Source: the human T2T-CHM13v2.0 reference genome, Homo sapiens. From it: a stretch of DNA of 64,000 nt. The position numbers and the translations under genes are program-made. Positions 59,561 through 64,000 of the stretch are shown here, in pieces. The stretch lies in the NCBI RefSeq assembly GCF_009914755.1, contig NC_060928.1; one strand, 5' to 3'. Positions within the stretch are counted from its first letter, which is position 1, and each line of letters opens with the position of its first letter. Under the pieces are notes generated by a model that worked only from the letters and a program-made list of their open reading frames with translations, made no database searches and was not told the origin of the DNA.

Positions 59561-61252
59561 GGCAGGCCAAACCGCAGATGGTCACTAACATTCTTCACTC
59601 TGACCTTGAGGCAGGCGGGGAGGATGAGCTTTCATTAAATGATTTTTTCCTAGTCCTTTTGAAAAAGGACTCAGTATTGAGTTCCTTAGCTTCTGGGTCC
59701 AACCCACAAATAAACCAGCAGAGTAAAAATTATTATTTTCATTGGATCACTGCACAAAATACAATCAAACAGGAACCAATATATCAGCAAAGGAATTCTT
59801 TTCATGAAATATCCTAGTTATCCTTAGTGACCCAACAGTTATCTCCAGGTAATATTAAGCATCAAAATGTTATTCACCCAAACTCCTACATATTAATTCT
59901 GAGGCTCCCATATTATTGGTATAGAGCCAACTCTTAATTATTGGCAGACGCAGAATATGGAAATTATGGATCAAGCCTAAGGTCTCGTTTTAGCAAAGCG
60001 ATTCAGACTCTTCCAGATAAACCTTTACCCCAGCTGCAGCAAGCAACAACACTGACTAATTTGACTTTCACATCTGGCAAAACGGCTCCCACACATACCT
60101 AGATAGATATGTGGGTCATACACTCCTCAACCCACTTCACAGAGTCTGATGAAATCATATCAACTCATACCAAATGCAAAAGGGGAGCATTTTTATCATT
60201 TTGGCAAAAAAGATTCAATTAACCAAGAACTCAAAAAGCCAGTGGTGAAAATCGAATCCAAAGTTGATATTTTCGACTTAATTCCTTCCTGCCCTACCCC
60301 CATCTAAAAGGTAGCGAAGACCCTCAACCATCTTCCCCACCAAAACATAAAATTTCTTCTTTCTCATATATTCTTAATTATTCTATGAGTTTCTGTAACT
60401 ACTTAAGTATAAATCTTCAGGGATAAACAGTAGATGAGAAATGGAAAAAGTTGAAGATAGAACCTTGAAGGCAGGAGGGGTAAAGGAATCAGCCTAGGAA
60501 AACAAGGAGTGATCAGAGAAGCCATGGGAGACATGGAGGGGTTTTTACAATGGAGGCCAACTTAGAAGGGGATGGCCAGTGGTGTCCTGCTTAGGGGTCA
60601 GTTTTATTTAATCTTAAACTCTTCTCACTCCATCCACTCCAACTGCTGAATAACTTTCTTTTACTCACTGGAAGCTTGCTCCATGCTCTCTTTTGGAAAT
60701 CTTCATATGGACCACACCTTGGGTCCAGCTTGATCACTAGCTACATGTCCAGTCTTGAAGGTGGCTTGTGCCACTGCCAACACTACCTGCTAATGTGTAT
60801 CCAGGCCTCCTGTGTGCCAGGTATAGTATCAAACGCCATGCATGAACTATTTCGTTTAATTTTAAAAATAATTCCACAGAATAAGACACTTTTATTATCC
60901 CAATTTTCCAGATGAGGAAATTTGGCTTAAAATGATAAAGTATCTTGCCCAAGGTTAACCATTAGTAAGTAGCAGAGCAATAGCATGTCAAAAAAATGGA
61001 GGAAAGAAAGAAGATACCTAGGAAATCTACACATTTGTCTATCCTATTATTGCATGACCAGACTGTGTTTATATTTAAGTAAGGCTATGATTCCTTTTTT
61101 AGAATATTCACCAAGCAAATGCTTGATGAGAAGATATAGATTGTATTCTTTGATGTAAAGCATGCTAAAACATGAGAAATAATTAGAATTATGGAAATCA
61201 TTTTTCAGGATCAACACATTCTAGTAACACTGAGCTCCAAGGAATACTCGGG

Positions 61253-61291
61253 TTTTGTTTTGTTTTGTTTTGTTTTGTTTTGTTTTGTTTT
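61253..61291. repeat. (TTTTG)n microsatellite
   Basis: Direct reading. Confidence 0.9.
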
Positions 61292-62397
61292 CCCTAGGAG
61301 CATAAATCCCTCTTTTGATGAGACAGAGCCCTATGGCGGTGACTTTCTTGGTGGTTTAGTCTTAATTCTGGCTCCCAAGAATAAAACACACAAAAGAAAA
61401 CCCGTGGTGATTACAGAACTAATAGCTAGCATGCGGTAGAATTCACACAGGACGTGGAGTCAGGCTGAGTTGGGATTTTATGTACCGATTAGCTGTGGGA
61501 TTCAAGACAGGTCCTTAACCTCTACAGGTTATGAGGACGATCACAATACATACGCTCACGGGATTATCTCCTTTATATAAATGTGTAGGAATTTTAGTTA
61601 AACTAATTTCTAGGATAATATTTGAGGAGCCATGAAAGTTAAATATGATGGTAAATAGGAATATAGGTCTGACACCTAGGAAATACTCAAAAAGGAAATT
61701 TAATTGAAATTTTAAATACACCTATTCTTTGACCCAGCAATCCCACTTCTAGGAAATAACTACTCAGAAAGGAAACCACAAGTAAATAAATGTACACGTA
61801 CAAAGACGTTCATTAAGCATTGAAATAGCAAAGAAGGAAAAATTAGAAAGGCTGACTAAACAGTGGTCCACACATGGCAGTGGCTGACAGTGTGGGTAAT
61901 GGCAACCAATTGTGTGGGCAGTGGAGCTAAACTGTGTGAGCCACAGAGCCAAATGACCTCAGTTGGGATCCAGGCTGCATTAATGTTGTATGATTCTGGG
62001 CTAATTACTTAACCTCTCAAGGCGTCAGTCTCTTACCTCTGTAAAATGCAAATGATAAAAGTGATTACCACACAGGTCATTGTGAAGATAAAAATGACTT
62101 CATACTTGTAACGTACTTAGAAGAATAAGTAGAACATAATAAACTTCGCCGACTGTCAGCAATCTTGTAACCATTTTTAATTTTAATTCTTAATTTTTTA
62201 ACTGAAGTTTTTGTTTCATCAAGGTATAATTTACATATTCACCAACTCTAGGTGTACAGTTTGACAAATTTTGGTAAATTCTACAACCAGCACGATCAAG
62301 AATTTTTCTATCACCCTGAAAAGTTTCCTCATGCCCTTTTGCAGAATATTTCCTCCTCCATTCTCAGGGAACCATTGATCTGCTTGTAGTTTTGGCT

Positions 62398-64000
<1,603 letters not shown>

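Overview
Human genomic DNA (chr4q12). The minus strand carries the 5' half of KDR (VEGFR2/FLK1): TSS at about 24067, ATG at 23765, and exons 1-15. All 15 exons have GT-AG boundaries, and their lengths sum in frame to c.1-2266 (signal peptide plus Ig domains 1-7). Exon 16 (transmembrane) lies beyond the window start. The remaining ~40 kb is upstream intergenic DNA rich in Alu, L1, L2, MIR, MaLR and DNA-transposon remnants, with an orphan CpG island at about 55.7-56.3 kb. The haplotype carries His472 and the -604C promoter allele. Known regulatory features are visible: the intron-13 soluble-VEGFR2 tail and poly(A) signal, the intron-1 and intron-10 endothelial enhancers, a promoter G4 and a 5'UTR uORF. 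The most striking unexplained structure is a ~285-bp non-Alu inverted repeat in intron 7 that begins 32 nt after the exon 7 donor. Its stem would bury an in-frame stop overlapping an AATAAA, which if used would give a secreted Ig1-3 VEGF-binding decoy. Further hypotheses: an L1 3' end abutting the exon 15 donor, an in-frame Alu-flanked exon 4-7 circle, a tandem/hairpin cluster next to the intron-1 enhancer, and a 66-nt orphan exon in the upstream CpG island. No databases were searched. Repeat subfamily calls, rs numbers and literature references are from memory.
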